DNA from: Paraspadella gotoi
Lineage: Eukaryota; Animalia; Chaetognatha
Length of the DNA: 64,000 bases
Direction: 5' to 3'
Assembly (NCBI GenBank): GCA_051294375.1
Contig: JBJCIZ010000810.1
Coordinates: 14,887-78,886 of the forward strand
Below, piece after piece: positions 61,123 through 64,000 of this stretch (position 1 is its first letter; each line of letters opens with the position of its first letter). The notes under the pieces are model-generated. The model was given only the letters and a program-made list of their open reading frames with translations, made no database searches and was not told where the DNA came from. The translations under genes were made by a program, and so were the position numbers.

Positions 61123-64000
61123 TTTTTTTTTATTGCAGCTCGTTCACAGAAAATGCGCTTTTTTTTCGTTCTTCGTCGCCTTCGATTTTATCGAAATTTT
61201 TACACGCTTTTTAAATTCTTCACGCTAATCATCTAATGCGCGATCAGGTCCTCGTTTAAAACCGAATTACTCGTGTTTTCGTGTCTCAATATCATTCTTG
61301 TAACAGTAGCCATGGAAATTATTCAACAATCAACCTTCACCACGTGTTTTTTTTTTCAAATTATGAAATTTATTTTATTAAGTATTAATAATGAATTCAT
61401 CCGCCCTACTTTTTAGTGAAGGAGTCTCAATATAAAATAATACATCGTTTTTTTGGAGTCTAGAATCTGTTCCAGCCAGGGCCATGACTTAAAAAAAAAT
61501 ATTTTTTTTTCATCCCCGGCTTAGGTTAAATTTAATTAAATATCAAGGCCTCCACGTGATAAAGAAACTTATAAACTTTAGGCACCTGCGGCTCCGGTCT
61601 TCAGCAAGATTTCTCTCCCAACGTCTTCTTCCTTTCCACTCGGTCGAGGAGGGGGTTCTTTATATTATGAATTTTAACAGCGTCCACACAAGTGCCAGTC
61701 AGTTTTTAACAATCGATCTCACGAATTTACGTGATTGCCGAGAAAACTTTCACGCCAATGCTGCTTCAATCTTATTAGAATGCGACGAAGGAGGATCAAA
61801 GGTAAATACTAAATACAATGTGTCTCAATGTCTGTTAACTGTACACATATCTTCGGTCGAGGAGTCAAATATTGAAATTTGGATCAATAATTTTATATTC
61901 TATTTGTTCAATTTCGTATATCAGTTTCAAGTTTCTTATCACAAAAAATAAGATTTTTTTCTGTTTTAATAAAAATTTTTTTTTAAAATATTTGTTCTAC
62001 CAATGGCGTACATCATGAACCATATTGCGTAATTTACTTTCGCCGACGCCAAAACTCTGCTGCTCGGCGAAAGTAAAATTTTACCACTATATTTGTCACG
62101 TCAATATGATGATACAGTTTCTTTTTATACTAGGATTAGAATGAATATTTTATATGTAAGCTAACCATTAATATCAAGCCTCCACGTGGATAAGAAACTT
62201 AATAAACTTTAGGGAGCACCTGCGGTCCCGGTCTTCAGACAAGATTTCTCATCCCAACGTCTTCCTTCCTTTCCATCATCAGTGATCGGGAGAGGGAGGG
62301 TTCTTTATATTATGAATTTAGAATAGCGCGTCCACCAAGTGCCAGTTCAGTTTTTAACAATCGATCTCAGCGAATTTACGTGATTGCCGAGAAAACTTTC
62401 ACGCCAATGCTGCTTCAATCTTATTAGAATGCGACGAAGGAGGATCAAAGGTAAATACTAAATACAATGTGTCTCAATGTCTGTTAACTTGTACATATCG
62501 TGGCGGAACTGTGTCTTTATGTAGGACGAAGCTCTGACGAACAAAGCCCGAGGTTTTTTTAATATATTCTTATACCGGCCAAGGTAGAATGATGGCAATG
62601 TTGTTAAATATTAAGTTTCAAAAAAATCCGACCATAAATATATAAAATATTAACCAAAATCATCGGAAAATCCACCCCTTCTTTTTGGAAGATTTTCGCC
62701 ATAGAAGATTTTTCCCCGAATCTGACTCCCGGTTGAAAACTCTTAGAATTCCGATCGTTAGCTCCTCTTTTACTTTTACTTTAAATAAAAATTTTACCAA
62801 AATGAAATAATTCACTTTACCATGATCGTATCATATCAAAATAACCAAAAAAGTAAAGAAAATTTTGAGAGCCCTTCAGACACTTTGCCAAAGGATTCCA
62901 AAATTGGACCTCAATTTGTTGAACAGGAACATACCTGCAGTCACGTTTATATCGTTTTCAAGGAAAAAAAATCCCTTCATTTCTATATAAAATCAGAGAT
63001 GAAAATTTTTCCGTCCAGAAACAGTCTATTTGTTCTGGCTTGTTTGATATCAAGATGTTGATGATTTGACAAGAGAAAAAAAATAGCGAGCCTTCAGATG
63101 CAGACAGGATCGGAATCAAAATGTTTTCTAACGATCGATTATTTTACCCAGAAATTTTTACCAGAGAGCGTTTATATTGTTTGGTAGTCAGATTTGAAAT
63201 GAAAATCTTCATTGAAAAAGTCTTCCTCGATCTCTAAGAACGACGTAGACTCCTACTTTATGTAATAACTACAGGAGTTTGCCTGGATCAATTTTTTTAA
63301 TTTAGGTATGCTATATAATGGTCCATGCGCATATTCATTATAATGAATTCAAGTTTTTTGATCTGGTATAGCTTTTCTTATATAGTATATAGTATTTAAA
63401 TGTGAAAATTGACTAATATAATTAAGTGTAACCAATTTTAAACTGTTTTTTATTCATGAAATATACTTGCTTTATGGATTAATGAATCTATATGCTTAAA
63501 TAATAATTTTTTTTACTGTGATTTTATAATTTTTGGACCTTGGTTTTTCCCACCCTTTTCAGCGCTTTCTCGACCCGTGCTTCCCACAGCGCCAAAAACG
63601 TTACTCCTTCAGAGCGTTTGAGTGTTATTTAGATGAGGATGCGGTGGNNNNNNNNNNNNNNNNNNNNNNNNNNNNNNNNNNNNNNNNNNNNNNNNNNNNN
63701 NNNNNNNNNNNNNNNNNNNNNNNNNNNNNNNNNNNNNNNNNNNNNNNNNNNNNNNNNNNNNNNNNNNNNNNNNNNNNNNNNNNNNNNNNNNNNNNNNNNN
63801 NNNNNNNNNNNNNNNNNNNNNNNNNNNNNNNNNNNNNNNNNNNNNNNNNNNNNNNNNNNNNNNNNNNNNNNNNNNNNNNNNNNNNNNNNNNNCGACTCGA
63901 GTTGACCTCGGTCATCAAGATAACCTCTGTCACAAAGAATTAAGTGGTTGATTTAACTTAATTATACTATCTAGGAAAAAAGTTAGAAACATTTTTAATT

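Noticed and set aside
61548-62514. Tandem duplication within the right flank (61548-61850 versus 62177-62500)
   Set aside because: The copies differ mainly by scattered insertions typical of raw long reads; probably redundant assembly.
22760-64000. Reading the whole large inverted repeat as giant Maverick TIRs, with AGTAGAGAG at 22601 as a terminus
   Set aside because: The empty site at 27130-27180 shows the Maverick (33882-61122) inserted into one arm of a pre-existing inverted duplication.

Overview
AT-rich eukaryotic (probably invertebrate animal) scaffold with N-gaps and several indel-rich stretches that look like uncorrected long-read fill. The main feature is a Maverick/Polinton-type endogenous virus at about 33882-61122. 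It has ~570-bp TIRs with AGAG...CTCT ends, and its empty target site is preserved in an inverted paralogous segment at ~27130-27180. It encodes a packaging ATPase, a QKGG-motif small protein, an integrase with a deleted core, minor capsid, core protein, major capsid, an adenain protease and a tandem PC4-like ORF. No protein-primed PolB is recognisable, and the capsid genes are split by 65-71 nt GT-AG introns. Nested in one major-capsid copy is a Ty3/Gypsy element (PR-RT-RH-IN) followed by an env that matches the chuvirus-type glycoprotein motif pattern. Left of the virus, a 1.2-kb CAC...GTG TIR element with a CAGG target duplication forms an exact GC-AG intron (Introner-like) in a small R/D/E-rich gene. 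The window also holds an intact 4-exon ~1166-aa CxxH DDE transposase, an SGNH hydrolase ORF, Helentron-type non-autonomous repeats, tRNA-SINEs, several MITEs and an inverted pair of minimal hammerhead motifs. All protein family calls come from manual motif recognition; no searches were run.
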